Assembly (NCBI RefSeq): GCF_003918875.1
Contig: NW_025767511.1
Location: forward strand, 186,001-250,000
Direction of reading: 5' to 3'
DNA length: 64,000 bases
From: Haliotis rubra
Lineage: Eukaryota
Shown here: positions 1 through 11,594 of the stretch, in pieces
Position numbering within the stretch: position 1 is the first letter of the stretch
Layout: each line of letters begins with the position of its first letter
The notes under the pieces: model-generated
What the model was told of the DNA's origin: nothing
The model's database searches: none
The model's input: the letters and a program-made list of their open reading frames with translations, nothing else
Program-made: the position numbers and the translations under genes

Positions 1-1855
1 CTATAGACCGATTACACTTTTGGAAGTTTCAGGAAAGATATTTGCTAAAGTCATTAATATCAGGTTGTATGCATGGGCTCAGCAAGAAGAATTTTTCACC
101 CCAGAGCAAGCTTGTTTTAGACATGGTTTCCAAACAGCTGATAATATTTTTATTCTTCATACAGTCGTTAATAAATACTTATCATTATATAAGGGACAGC
201 TGTACTGTGCTTTTGTCGATTTAAAGGCTGCGTTCGATTCTGTTGACAGAAATAGTTTACTTTACAAGCTGTGGCTTGGAAATGTGAAAGGAAGGACGTT
301 CTCTTTGCTTAAAAATATGTACCAAAATGTAAAGTCATGTGTCTCACTTAAAACAGGTTATACCTCTTTCTTTGAATGCATGTATGGAGTACGCCAAGGA
401 TGTCACCTATCTCCATTTTTGTTCTCCTTTTTTTATCAATGATCTAGTTGAATATTTGTCTGCTGATAATCAGAGGTGTATCGATTTACATTTTATTGAA
501 CTGTTTATTCTGCTGTTCGCCGATGACATTGTTCTATTTGATGGCACAGTTCTAGGGCTGCAGAAGAGAATTGATAAGTTAAGCACGTATTGCAATAAAT
601 GGAAACTTAAAATAAACATTGATAAGACTAAAATTATTGTTTTTAGAAAAGCAGGTAGACTGAGGAAATATGAAAAATTCTTTTTAAATGGAACCCCTTT
701 AGAGAAAGTCTCATCATATAAATATCTCAGCGTCCATTTCTCTTGCTCTGGAAATTGGTATCAAACCCCAAAAATGTTAGCAGAACAATCCTGGAAAGTA
801 CTGTCTATTGTCAGGTCCTCTATGAAAAACTTTACAAATTTACCACTGAAAGTCTTATTACATATATTTGATGTTAAAATTCTTCCAATCTTGATGTATG
901 GTTCCAAAGTTTGGGGTTTTCATCCCTCACCAAATATACAAAATATTCATGACAAGTTTTGTAAGCAAATACTGCACCTACCTATTACTACTCCAAACAT
1001 CATTGAACATGGTGAAATAGGTCGCTATTCTTTGAAGGTTAATATCTACTATAAAATTGTGAAATACTGGACCAGGTTAATAAGTCAAGATGAGATTATA
1101 ATTTTGTATAAAGTATATAAATATCAGTATTGTTTAGCTGAAAAGAATCGTGATTGTTGGGCTTTGAGAGTTAAGAAACTTCTCTTCAGCTATGGTTTTG
1201 GAAATGTTTGGGTTGATCAACAAATTACAAATGTAAACTATTTCCTCATGCAATTTAAGCAGAGGTGTATCGATATTTTGATCTTCAAATGTGGGCTTCA
1301 GATCTTGAAAAATATACTAAACTAGACTTTTTCAGACGGATGAAAATGACTGTGTCAGAAGAATATTACATTAGTGCTGTTAATGTGAAGGTATATTGTA
1401 TTGCCCTTTGTAGATTTTGCTGTTCAAATCATATGTTAATGATTGAACATGGAAGACGTTTAAATCTTGCACGCAACGAACGGTTGTGTTCCTTGTGTGT
1501 TATTCCTATGATCGAATCAGAATACCATTTTTGCCTTGAATGTCCATTCTATTCTGAGAGCATCTCTCATACCACGTTTTTATCATGTATATCCTTCTGA
1601 AAACAAGCTAGCTCTACTGTTTACTTCTCAAAATAATATTGTTATAAACAACCTTGCTAAATATATATTTTTAGCTATGAAAAAAAGAAAGAAATATTTT
1701 GGATCCTGCTGATCTTGTGTTCACATCTCTGTACAATTATACCTCTATGTTCATTCCGTCACTTTTATGGCGCTTCATGTCATATCTTGAATCCTTCTGA
1801 CATGTATGAGTATAAAGGCCCGGTGGCCCCCTTACTGAATAAACACACACACATC
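1..1855 (+). mobile_element. Non-LTR retrotransposon (LINE, RTE-X/CR1-like) 3' portion: frameshifted reverse transcriptase, Cys-rich C-terminus and 3' tail
   Basis: Overlapping ORFs 20-442, 339-1325 and 1265-1600 carry RT motifs FVDLKAAFDSV, GVRQGCHLSPFLF and LLFADD, plus C-terminal RLCSLC..ESEYHFCLECPFY. Ends with AATAAA and (CA)n near 1838-1853. Truncated by the window edge. Confidence 0.92.
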
Positions 1856-2568
1856 TCACTAAAACAAAACAAATTTCAATGCCATGAGGAGATATGTTTG
1901 TGTTTCAGTGTTTAGCAGATCTACTTTCATATTTCAACTATTATATTTTGTTTTCTACAAAAACAGGATGAATAAACTTTGTATCTTTTCTCCTGTAACT
2001 CTTTTCCATACTCTTGATCAAATTTAACCGATTTCCAGTGCTACTAACATGCCAAGGTAGTCATGTTCTTATCTCTGTACAGGAAATGGAAAAATGTTTG
2101 ATGTGAAATGAAACTGCCAAATTCGTACTAAGCATGCCTGGGAAAATCAGCAATGTCTGAACTGAATTCTCAATCGTAGATTTGGTTCATATCTCGCTAT
2201 CATGTCTGATCTATCTTAACTTATTCCGAGTGCTACTAAACTGTTCCCAGCGGTACTAAAATGCCCAAGTAAAGTCATGTTCAAATTTCTGTCCAAGAAA
2301 TGGATAAATGTTTCGAAATGAAATGAAACTGACCAATTCCTAGTAAGTATGCCTTGGAAAATCAGTGATGTCTAAACTCTATAATCAAATAATAGATTTG
2401 GTTCATACCTCTCTATCATGTCCTTCTGTATCATTTGGTTCAAATACTCCCTATATTCCGCTTCCAGTTCCCTAACATCCAGAAGAATCATCTTTACTGA
2501 GAAGATCTGTCACAGTGCGGACTTCAGCTTTGTTTGTTAGGCCTTGTTCTTTGGCCATGTTGGCTGTC

Positions 2569-2736
2569 GGGGCAGTGGGGTAGCCTTGTGGTAAAGGCGT
2601 TCGCTCGTTACACCGAGGACCTGAGTTCGATTCCCCACATCGGCACAATGTGTGAAGCCAGTTTCTGGTGCCCCCCACCGTGATATTGCTGGAATATTGC
2701 TAAAAGTGGCGTAAAACTAGACTCACTCACTCACTC
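2569..2736 (+). mobile_element. tRNA-derived SINE family A, inserted upstream of serpin copy 1 only
   Basis: A/B-box-like head (tagccttgtggtaaaggcg...gagttcgattcccc), shared body and (actc)n tail. Absent at the homologous position in copies 2-7. Confidence 0.88.
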
Positions 2737-2874
2737 CTTTTCTGTCCAATTCTGCTTCAAATGAACCACTGACATCCATCTGTAAAAGAACTGAAGGAAA
2801 TGTTGATCAGACAATTGTTGTCTTTTCAAGTTACCAGAACATTACTTGTCTTGTGTGATTTCTTCAACAGAGCC

Positions 2875-4075
2875 ATGGCTGGAAGTGGACCTGGATTGAA
2901 AACCCCAGACCTGGTGAAGAAGGTCGCTTCTGCCAACTCCCAGTTTGGTCTGGACCTGTACAAGAAAGTCGCCTCAGACCTGAAGGATTCCAATGTGTTT
3001 CTGTCTCCCTTCAGCATCTCGGCAGCTCTGGCCATGACCCAGCTGGGAGCTCGAGGTGACACAGCAGCTCAGATGAACCAGGTCCTGAAGTGGACTGACC
3101 TCCAGGACTCTGTACATCCAGGGTTTGAAGACTATCTGCGTCTTCTGAAAACACATGGAGACTACGTACTTACAACAGCCAACCGCTTGTTTGTGAATGA
3201 TAAGGCCAAGATTCTGGATGAATTTCTACAGAAGACAAAAAGCATTATGGTGCTCAGGCTGTTCTATCTGACTTTGTGGGCAATGGAGCTGGAGAGGCGG
3301 AGAAGATCAACCAATGGGTGGAATCGGAGACCAACAGCAAGATAAAGGATCTGATCACCGGTGGAATCGATCCACTGACAGCTATGATCCTTGTTAATGC
3401 CATATACTTCAAAGGCAACTGGGCAGAGAAATTTGATCCGACAAGGACAGAGAAGGGCACATTTAAGGTGAAGCCTGGAGAGACGGTACAAGTTGATATG
3501 ATGCGGATGAAGAAGAAGTTCAAGTTTGGCCTAAATGATGAACTGAACTGTTCTGTGTTGGAACTGCCTTATGTAAAGGAGGACCTTAGCATGTTTTTCT
3601 TGTTGCCTTACAAGGATGATGGTTTGGGAGAACTGGAAAGCAAACTGAATCATGAATCTTTGACGGAAGCCTTAAAACGCGTGTTCACAAAACTACTGTT
3701 GACATCTCTATGCCCAGATTTGTATTGGAATCAAGTTTTGAGCTGAATGAAGTCCTGAAGTCACTTGGAATGTCTGATGCTTTTGACAAGCAGAAAGCCG
3801 ATCTGTCCGGAATTGATGGAACCCGGCTCCTGTACGTCTCCCAGGTGGTCCACAAGGCCTTCCTGGAAGTGAACGAGGAGGGAAGTGAAGCTGCCGCGGC
3901 CACAGCAGTTACGATCAAGAAAAGATCCCGGCCTATTATTGAGCCTTTCAAGGCAGATCATCCCTTCCTGTTCCTCATCCGTGACAACCGAGCCGATGTT
4001 GTGCTTTTCATGGGCAGACTTTTTCGTCCTCCGACAGCAGGCTCAGCTGGTGTTTCACAGAAATCTGAACTGTAG
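2875..4075 (+). CDS. Serpin copy 1; RCL TIKKR|SRP; C-terminal KSEL; two frameshifts (~3240, ~3680), so pseudogene or assembly error
   Basis: ORFs 2800-3345, 3276-3746 and 3710-4075 jointly give a full serpin (NVFLSPFSIS, LVNAIYFKGNW, EEGSEAAAAT, FKADHPFLFLIRD). An in-frame upstream ATG lies at 2800. Confidence 0.93.
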
Positions 4076-4824
4076 AGCTGTTGATATGATTCTGTTACAG
4101 ATCAATGTTACTGTTATTTTGACTCTCTCCATTGATTTAATGAAGTAGATTGTTTGACTGAAACTATTCATACAACTGAATATTAGTTGAAACCTATTGG
4201 AGGGCTTCTGTTCAATATCATAGGCTGTCATTATGAATGCAGATGACCAATCTTTGACTAACTTTGTTTTAATTTAAACTGTGATCATTCCTTATGGTAT
4301 TAAGGGGCATTTTGTGTTGATAGGAAGTCAAAAGGTTTGGAGAACTGGGAATGCATATCAACTTCTCATCCTTGTATTGAAAGCAGCATTTGAAATTCCT
4401 CGTATTGAGGAAGCATGGTTTAAAATTGGCGCTGATCCGTGGCTTATTGACAGTCTGGAAATCTGATAATTGTCTTCAAACAGTCGTTTCTGGGTCTGTT
4501 AGTTCCTATGGAATTATGATAATGACGATGAATACCAATGTCATAATTAACAATAAGATCCTATATATTGTACTACATTTGCATTGAGAAACATGGTTAA
4601 AGCTGCACATTAAAATTACCCAGGTCAAAGGGTCAGTTCACACTTGCCATTCCTCTGTGTTCCTGAACCTCAGATGCTGTTTACACAAACCTTACCTTGC
4701 CCGACTGTGACACAGAATTTGGCTTATTGCTGGGGATGTCATACCATACATATCTTGATACCAAGCTGCCTGTGAGGGGATAGAAATCACATCTCATCCT
4801 ACCGGGTACCTGTTTATGTCAATA

Positions 4825-5222
4825 TGAGTGAGTGAGCATGGTTTTATGCTGCCTTTAGCAATATTCCAGCAATATCACGGCAGGGGACACCAGCAATGGG
4901 CTTCACACATTGTACCCATGTAGGGAATCGAACCCGGGGTCTTTAGCATGACGAGCTAACGCTTTAACCACTATGCTACCCCACCGCCCCTTATGTCAAT
5001 ATGAACAGAGGATTGTTTTGATCAGACCCACTTGCCTAAGATTGGTTGGTTGGTTGGTGGCACTCAGCAATATTCCAGCTAAATGGCTGCGGTCTGTAAA
5101 TAATCAAGTCTGGACCAGACAAACCAGTGAGCAACAGCATGAGCATCGATCTACAATCAGTGAGCCTGACCACCCGGCAACGTTAGTCGCCACTACGTCA
5201 AGCATGGCTTGCTAAAGACCAA
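4825..5222 (-). mobile_element. SINE family A (4825-4990) followed by SINE family B fragment (5040-5222)
   Basis: Reverse-complement matches to the other copies in the window. Confidence 0.8.
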
Positions 5223-6842
5223 TTTGCTAAACAGCTCAGATGGTTGTGCACAGTTTAACAGGCTGTCAGAAGAAAGTACACATGCATTACTCAAGTCACA
5301 TGCTACCAAGACGACATGGCTCAAGGTCATGTTCTGCCTTTTGTGCCTCGTAAGGATGGGAAAGCCACATTAACTTGGTGCGCCTAGAAGGCAGCAAGAG
5401 TTGTATGATCCCCAGGGAGTTGAGATTGAAAATATGATGTGCCGTTGTGATGGACATCCAATGATCGAGGGAAAACAAATGTCAGTATAATAATAATATT
5501 TAAAGCAGGTCATGTCATATTGCAGGGGGTTAGAGCCCACCCACACATTGCATTTGCTGTTACAGACGTTTTCTGTACTCTGTGTTGAAGTATCTTCATG
5601 TTATTTGTCAGTGATCTGATACAATAGACTGTCAAGAATGTACTGCTGCTTTCAAGCCATGACTCTGAATAGTAACTAGCAAAACCTGTTTGATGTGCTA
5701 AAAATAAACATTGATATTCAAAACACCAACATTTTCTGGTTAAACTGGTTTGAGAGCAGGTTACTTGATCAGGCCAATAAATGAGGTAAATATTTTAAAC
5801 TTTAATGACATTTGGAGTCCTCAAAGATGCATGGGAAGACAAGGTCGCAGGTAACCTCTGCTTGAAGTAAGGCTGACTAAAGTGGTCTGTGTGGCCATGT
5901 TGCTGGGTTTTGTTTTGTTGGGTCATGCTTCAGTCAGTGCTTTGTCTATTCTGTGCAACCAGCAAGAGGTCTGTACATAGTATTCTTGACTGAGATTAAT
6001 CAATGTTCATTTTCAGAAATCCCGATTTTACTTGAGATGCTTTTCCTAAGTTGAGCCATTGATGCTATTCATCTGAATTTTGTGAATAGATGAACAAGAA
6101 GAATGTGTACACGAATGTCATTGTGGTCAGTTGGGTAGTCTGAGGGTTAAAGTGTTTGGTTCTTCTAATGGGTAAAAGTGCAAAGCCGTGTCAGGTGTCC
6201 CTATCATATTGCTGGAATATTGCTAAAAGTAGCATTAAAAAAACAACTCACTCACTCACTCACTAACTCAATTTCATAGTTCAACTATTATATTTTGTTT
6301 ACTAAAAACAGAATGATAAAAATGTCTATCTTTTCTCCTGTTACTCTTTTCCATACTCTTGATCTATCTTAACTGATTCTGAGCACTACTAAACAATTCC
6401 CAGTGGTAATAACATGCCCGAGTATAGTCATGTTCAAATTTCTGTCCAAGAAATGGAAAAATGTTTCGAAATAAAATGAAACTGACCAATTCCTAGTAAG
6501 TATGCCTTGGAAAATCAGTGATGTCTAAACTCTATAATCAAATGATAGATTTGGTTCATACCTCGCTATCATGTCTTTCTGATTCATTTGGCTCAAATAC
6601 TCCCCATTTTCCCCTTCCAGTTCCTAAACATCCTGAAGAATCATCTTTACTGAGAAGATCTGTCACAGTGCGGACTTCAGCTTTGCTTGTTAGGCCTTGA
6701 TCCTTTGCTGTCCAATTCTGCTTCAAATGAACCCACTGACATCCATCTGTAAAAGAACTGAAGAGAATGTTGATGAGACAATTTGCTGTCTTTTCAAGTT
6801 ACCAGAACGTTATTAGTCTTGTGTGATTTCTTCTACAGAACC

Positions 6843-8045
6843 ATGGCTGGAAGTGAAAGTGGACTGAAGACCCCAGACCTGGTGAAGAAGGTCGCTTCTG
6901 CCAATTCCCAGTTTGGTCTGGACCTGTACAAGAAGGTCGCCTTAGAACTGAAGGACTCCAATGTGTTTCTGTCTCCCTTCAGCATCTCGGCAGCTCTGGC
7001 CATGACCCAGCTGGGAGCTCGAGGTGACACAGCAGCTCAGATGAACCAGGTCCTGAAGTGGACTGACATCCAGGACTCCGTACATCCAGGATTTGAAGAC
7101 TATCTGCGTCTTCTGAAAACACAGGGAGACTACGTACTTACAACAGCCAACCGCTTGTTTGTGAATGATAAGGCCAAGATTCTGGATGAATTTCTACAGA
7201 AGACAGAGAAGCATTATGGTGCTCAGGCTGTCCTGTCTGACTTTGTGGGCAATGGAGCTGGAGAGGCGGAGAAGATCAACCAATGGGTGGAATCGGAGAC
7301 CAACAGCAAGATAAAGGATCTGATCACAGGTGGAATCGATCCACTCACAGCTATGATCCTTGTTAATGCCATATATTTCAAAGGCAACTGGGCAGAGAAA
7401 TTTGATCCGACAAGGACAGAGAAGGGCATGTTTAAGGTGAAGCCTGGAGAGACGGTACAAGTTGATATGATGCGGATGGAGAAGAAGTTCAGGTTTGGCC
7501 TAAATGATGAACTGAACTGTTCTGTGTTGGAACTGCCTTATGTAAAGGAGGACCTTAGCATGTTCTTCTTGTTGCCTTACAAGGATGATGGTTTGGGAGA
7601 ACTGGAAAGCAAACTGAATCATGTATCTTTGACGGAAGCCTTAAAACGTGTTGTTCACAAAACTACTGTTGACATCTCTATGCCCAGATTTGTATTGGAA
7701 TCAAGCTTTGAGATGAATGAAGTCCTGAAGTCGCTGGGAATGTCTGATGCTTTTGACAAGCAGAAAGCTGATCTGTCCGGAATTGATGGAACCCGGCTCC
7801 TGTACGTCTCCCAGGTGGTCCACAAGGCCTTCCTGGAAGTGAACGAGGAGGGAAGTGAAGCTGCTGCAGCCACAGCAGTTACGATCATGTTTTTATCCCT
7901 CCCTATCACTGAGCCTTTCAAGGCAGATCATCCCTTCCTGTTCCTCATCCGTGACAACCGAGCCGATGTTGTGCTCTTCATGGGCAGACTTGTTCGTCCT
8001 CCCACAGCAGGCTCAGCTGGTGTTTCACAGAAAACTGAACTGTAG
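6843..8045 (+). CDS. Serpin copy 2 (type A), intact; RCL TIMFL|SLP; C-terminal KTEL
   Basis: Uninterrupted ORF with all serpin motifs; accATGg Kozak context after the ttcttctacag acceptor. Confidence 0.96.
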   Translation: MAGSESGLKTPDLVKKVASANSQFGLDLYKKVALELKDSNVFLSPFSISAALAMTQLGARGDTAAQMNQVLKWTDIQDSVHPGFEDYLRLLKTQGDYVLTTANRLFVNDKAKILDEFLQKTEKHYGAQAVLSDFVGNGAGEAEKINQWVESETNSKIKDLITGGIDPLTAMILVNAIYFKGNWAEKFDPTRTEKGMFKVKPGETVQVDMMRMEKKFRFGLNDELNCSVLELPYVKEDLSMFFLLPYKDDGLGELESKLNHVSLTEALKRVVHKTTVDISMPRFVLESSFEMNEVLKSLGMSDAFDKQKADLSGIDGTRLLYVSQVVHKAFLEVNEEGSEAAAATAVTIMFLSLPITEPFKADHPFLFLIRDNRADVVLFMGRLVRPPTAGSAGVSQKTEL

Positions 8046-8227
8046 AGCTGTTGATATGATTCTGAATTAGATCAACATTAATTAAGTAGATTGTTTGACT
8101 GAAACTATTCAAAGAGCTTCTGACAGTTTCCGGAAGTAGGCTAGTATATTGTTATTGTTTCCCCAGATGAAGGTACAAGAGTTCAGTAGGGATGTAGATA
8201 CTGATGGTTATTGGTATTCTTTACGTG

Positions 8228-8372
8228 TAACACCATATCCGACATTGAGGACCATATCCATAGTTAGAGACCATATCCGTTGTTGAGGGCCATATGTAAA
8301 TTTAAGGACCATATCCATTGTTGAGGACATATGTAATGTTAAGCACCATATCCGTTGTTGAGGACCAAATGT
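8228..8372 (+). repeat. Short minisatellite (gaccatatccrttgttgag-type units) in the serpin 3' flank; repeated after copies 2-6
   Basis: Recurrent accatatcc/ttgagg motif; homologues at ~11780, ~15325, ~18875 and ~23333. Confidence 0.8.
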
Positions 8373-8732
8373 AATGTGGGGAATCAAACCAGGGTCTTCG
8401 GCATGACAAGCCAGTGGTTTAACCACTAGGCTACCCCACTGCCCCTGTGTGAGAATGAACAGAGGATTATTTTGATTAAACCCACTTGCCTTAGAAGCCA
8501 CCACATGTGTTACATGTGCTTCAGTGTGGGGAGGGACTGAACACCCAGAAAATGTCAGGAGTCAAACTGCCGAATGTGGTCATTGATCCAACAACTTCTC
8601 TAATGCAACTTGATTCACCTGATCTGTGAAGTATGCACTTTACACAGGTCAATGTGCTACCACATAATGACAACCCTACAGATGTATATCAACAGAAAAC
8701 TGTATATTTGCTTCACTTATGGTTCAATGGAA

Positions 8733-8738
8733 AATAAA
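8733..8738 (+). terminator. Candidate polyadenylation signal ~690 nt after the copy 2 stop, conserved in each internal unit
   Basis: AATAAA in ggaaaataaattta; the same motif occurs at ~12281, ~15826, ~20287 and ~23833. Confidence 0.4.
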
Positions 8739-10394
8739 TTTATTCAAATTAAAAAGTGCATCTTTCAATGCATATTCACAAAGTCATCTTTACTGAAAGG
8801 TGATGATTATTTTGTTTTACTCTATCACGGGTTTAACTGTTTGTTAGGATTTTCAAAGATGCTTGAGAAGAAAAACTTGGAGGTAACCTCGGCTTGACCT
8901 AAAGTTGACTGAAGTGAATTGGGTGTCCGTGTTGCTTGGTTCGGTGTTGTTGGGTCATGCTTCAGTCAGTGGTTTGCCTATCCCAGATTCTATTATGTTC
9001 CATGAGCAAGATGTCTGGAGATAATCATGATAATAGTCTCGGCTGACATTAATCAATGTTCATTTTCTGAAATCCACATTTGACTCAATGTTTTACGTAA
9101 GTTATGCTATTGCTGTGATTTATCTGAATTTTGTGAGTACCGGTAGATGAACAACAAGAGAGTGTACTGGAATGCCATCAAGGTCAGTTGGGTAGTCTTG
9201 TGCTTAAAGTGTTTGAGTCTTCTCATGGGTAAAACGTGCGAAGCCCGTGTCTGATGTCTCTGTGATATTGTCGGAAAATTGTTAAAAATGGCATAACAAA
9301 CCCAACTCACTCACAATCACACTCACTCACTCAAACTCACTTAAATCCACTCATTCACTCACTGCACTGATATTCCTTGAGTAAGTGAATGAGTAAGTGA
9401 GTTGGTTTCCAGCATTATCATGGCGGGGGACACCAGAAATGGGCTTCACACAAATTACCCATGTGGGGAATCGAACCCTGGCCCTCGGCATGATGAGTGG
9501 AAGCTTTACCCACTAGGCTACCCCACAGTCCCCTGGAGCTGGGCGTATCTGGGCGCTGAATTCAGTTAGATTACATGAGGTAGTTGATTAATATCTTAAA
9601 TATCAGAAGTGGATGCAGAATTTTGAGAAAGAGAATGGAAGTACAAGGACAGTATATCAGATAGATATTAGTAGTATCTGAAAAGGGCACTTCCGGGAAA
9701 TCCCCCACCCCTTGGTTCTGACAGTGAATTTGGGGGATGGATATGTCACAAATGGGAAGCTAAAAGCAAAATAGATTTTAGTACCATGAGGATATATGTT
9801 TGTGTAAAAGGTTTTAGCTGAGTCTACTTTCATAGCTCAGCTATTTTATTTTGTTTTCTACAAAAACAGAATGATAAAGATTTTCTACTGTTGCTTCTCC
9901 TTTTCCGTACTCTTGATCCATCTTAACTGATTGTGAGTGCTACCAAACAATACCCAGCACCACTAACATGCCCAGGTATAGTCATGTTCTTATCTATGTC
10001 TAAGAAATGGGAAAAAAAGGAAACAAAAATGACATGTAACTGCCCAATTATTAGTAAGCCAGCCTTTGAAAACCTGCAGTGTCTTAACTGAATTATCAAT
10101 CGTAGATTTGGTTCATACCTCTCTATCATCTCTTTCTGTATGATTTTGCTCAAATACTCCCCATTTTCCCCTTCCAGTTCCTAAACATCCTGAAGAATCA
10201 TCTTTACTGAGAAGATCTGTCACAGTATGGACTTCAGCTTTGCTTGTTAGGCCTTGATCCTTTGCTGTCCAATTCTGCTTCAAATGAACTGACATTCATC
10301 TGTAAAAGAACTGAAGAATATGTTGATCAGACAATTGTTGTCTTTTCAAGTTACCAGAACATTACTTGTCTTGTGTGATTTCTTCTACAGAACC

Positions 10395-11594
10395 ATGGCT
10401 GGAAGTGGAACTGGACTGAAGACCCCAGACCTGGTGAAGAAGGTCGCTTCTGCCAATTCCCAGTTTGGTCTGGACCTGTACAAGAAGGTCGCCTTAGACC
10501 TGAAGGACTCCAATGTGTTTCTGTCTCCCTTCAGCATCTCAGCAGCTCTGGCCATGACCCAGCTGGGAGCTCGAGGTGACACAGCAGCTCAGATGAACCA
10601 GGTCCTGAAGTGGACTGACATCCAGGACTCCGTACATCCAGGGTTTGAATACTATCTGCGTCTTCTGAAAACACAGGAAGACTACGTACTTACAACAGCC
10701 AACCGCTTGTTTGTGAATGAAAAGGCCAAGATTCTGGATGAATTTCTACAGAAGACAGAGAAGCATTATGGTGCTCAGGCTGTTCTGTCTGACTTTGTGG
10801 GCAATGGAGCTGGAGAGGCTGAGAAGATCAACCAATGGGTGGAATCGGAGACCAACAGCAAGATAAAGGATCTGATCACTGGTGGAATCGATCCACTCAC
10901 AGCTATGATCCTTGTTAATGCCATATACTTCAAAGGCAACTGGGCAGAGAAATTTGATCCGACAAGAACAGAGAAGGGCACATTTAAGGTGAAGCCTGGA
11001 GAGACAGTACAAGTTGATATGATGCGGATGAAGAAGAAGTTCAGGTTTGGCCTAAATGATGAACTGAACTGTTCTGTGTTGGAACTGCCTTATGTAAAGG
11101 AGGACCTTAGCATGTTCTTCTTGTTGCCTGACAAAGATGATGGTTTGGGTGAACTGGAAAGCAAACTGAATCATGTATCTTTGATGGAAGCCTTAAAACG
11201 TGTTCACAAAACTACTGTTAACATCTCTATGCCCAGATTTGTATTGGAATCAAGCTTTGAGATGAATGAAGTCCTGAAGTCACTTGGAATGTCTGATGCT
11301 TTTGATGAGCAGAAAGCCGATCTGTCCGGGATTGATGGAACCCGGCTCCTGTATGTCTCTAAGGTGGTCCACAAGGCCTTCCTGGAAGTCAACGAGGAGG
11401 GAAGTGAAGCTGCCGCGGCCACAGCAGTTATATTCATGAGCAACTCGCTCCCTATAATTGAGCCTTTCAAGGCAGATCATCCCTTCCTGTTCCTCATCCG
11501 TGACAACCGAGCCGATGTTGTGCTCTTCATGGGCAGACTTGTTCGTCCTCCCACAGCAGGCTCAGCTGGTGTTTCACAGAAAACTGAACTGTAG
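10395..11594 (+). CDS. Serpin copy 3 (type B), intact; RCL IFMSN|SLP; KTEL
   Basis: Uninterrupted ORF 10320-11594 including an upstream in-frame ATG; all serpin motifs present. Confidence 0.96.
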   Translation: MAGSGTGLKTPDLVKKVASANSQFGLDLYKKVALDLKDSNVFLSPFSISAALAMTQLGARGDTAAQMNQVLKWTDIQDSVHPGFEYYLRLLKTQEDYVLTTANRLFVNEKAKILDEFLQKTEKHYGAQAVLSDFVGNGAGEAEKINQWVESETNSKIKDLITGGIDPLTAMILVNAIYFKGNWAEKFDPTRTEKGTFKVKPGETVQVDMMRMKKKFRFGLNDELNCSVLELPYVKEDLSMFFLLPDKDDGLGELESKLNHVSLMEALKRVHKTTVNISMPRFVLESSFEMNEVLKSLGMSDAFDEQKADLSGIDGTRLLYVSKVVHKAFLEVNEEGSEAAAATAVIFMSNSLPIIEPFKADHPFLFLIRDNRADVVLFMGRLVRPPTAGSAGVSQKTEL

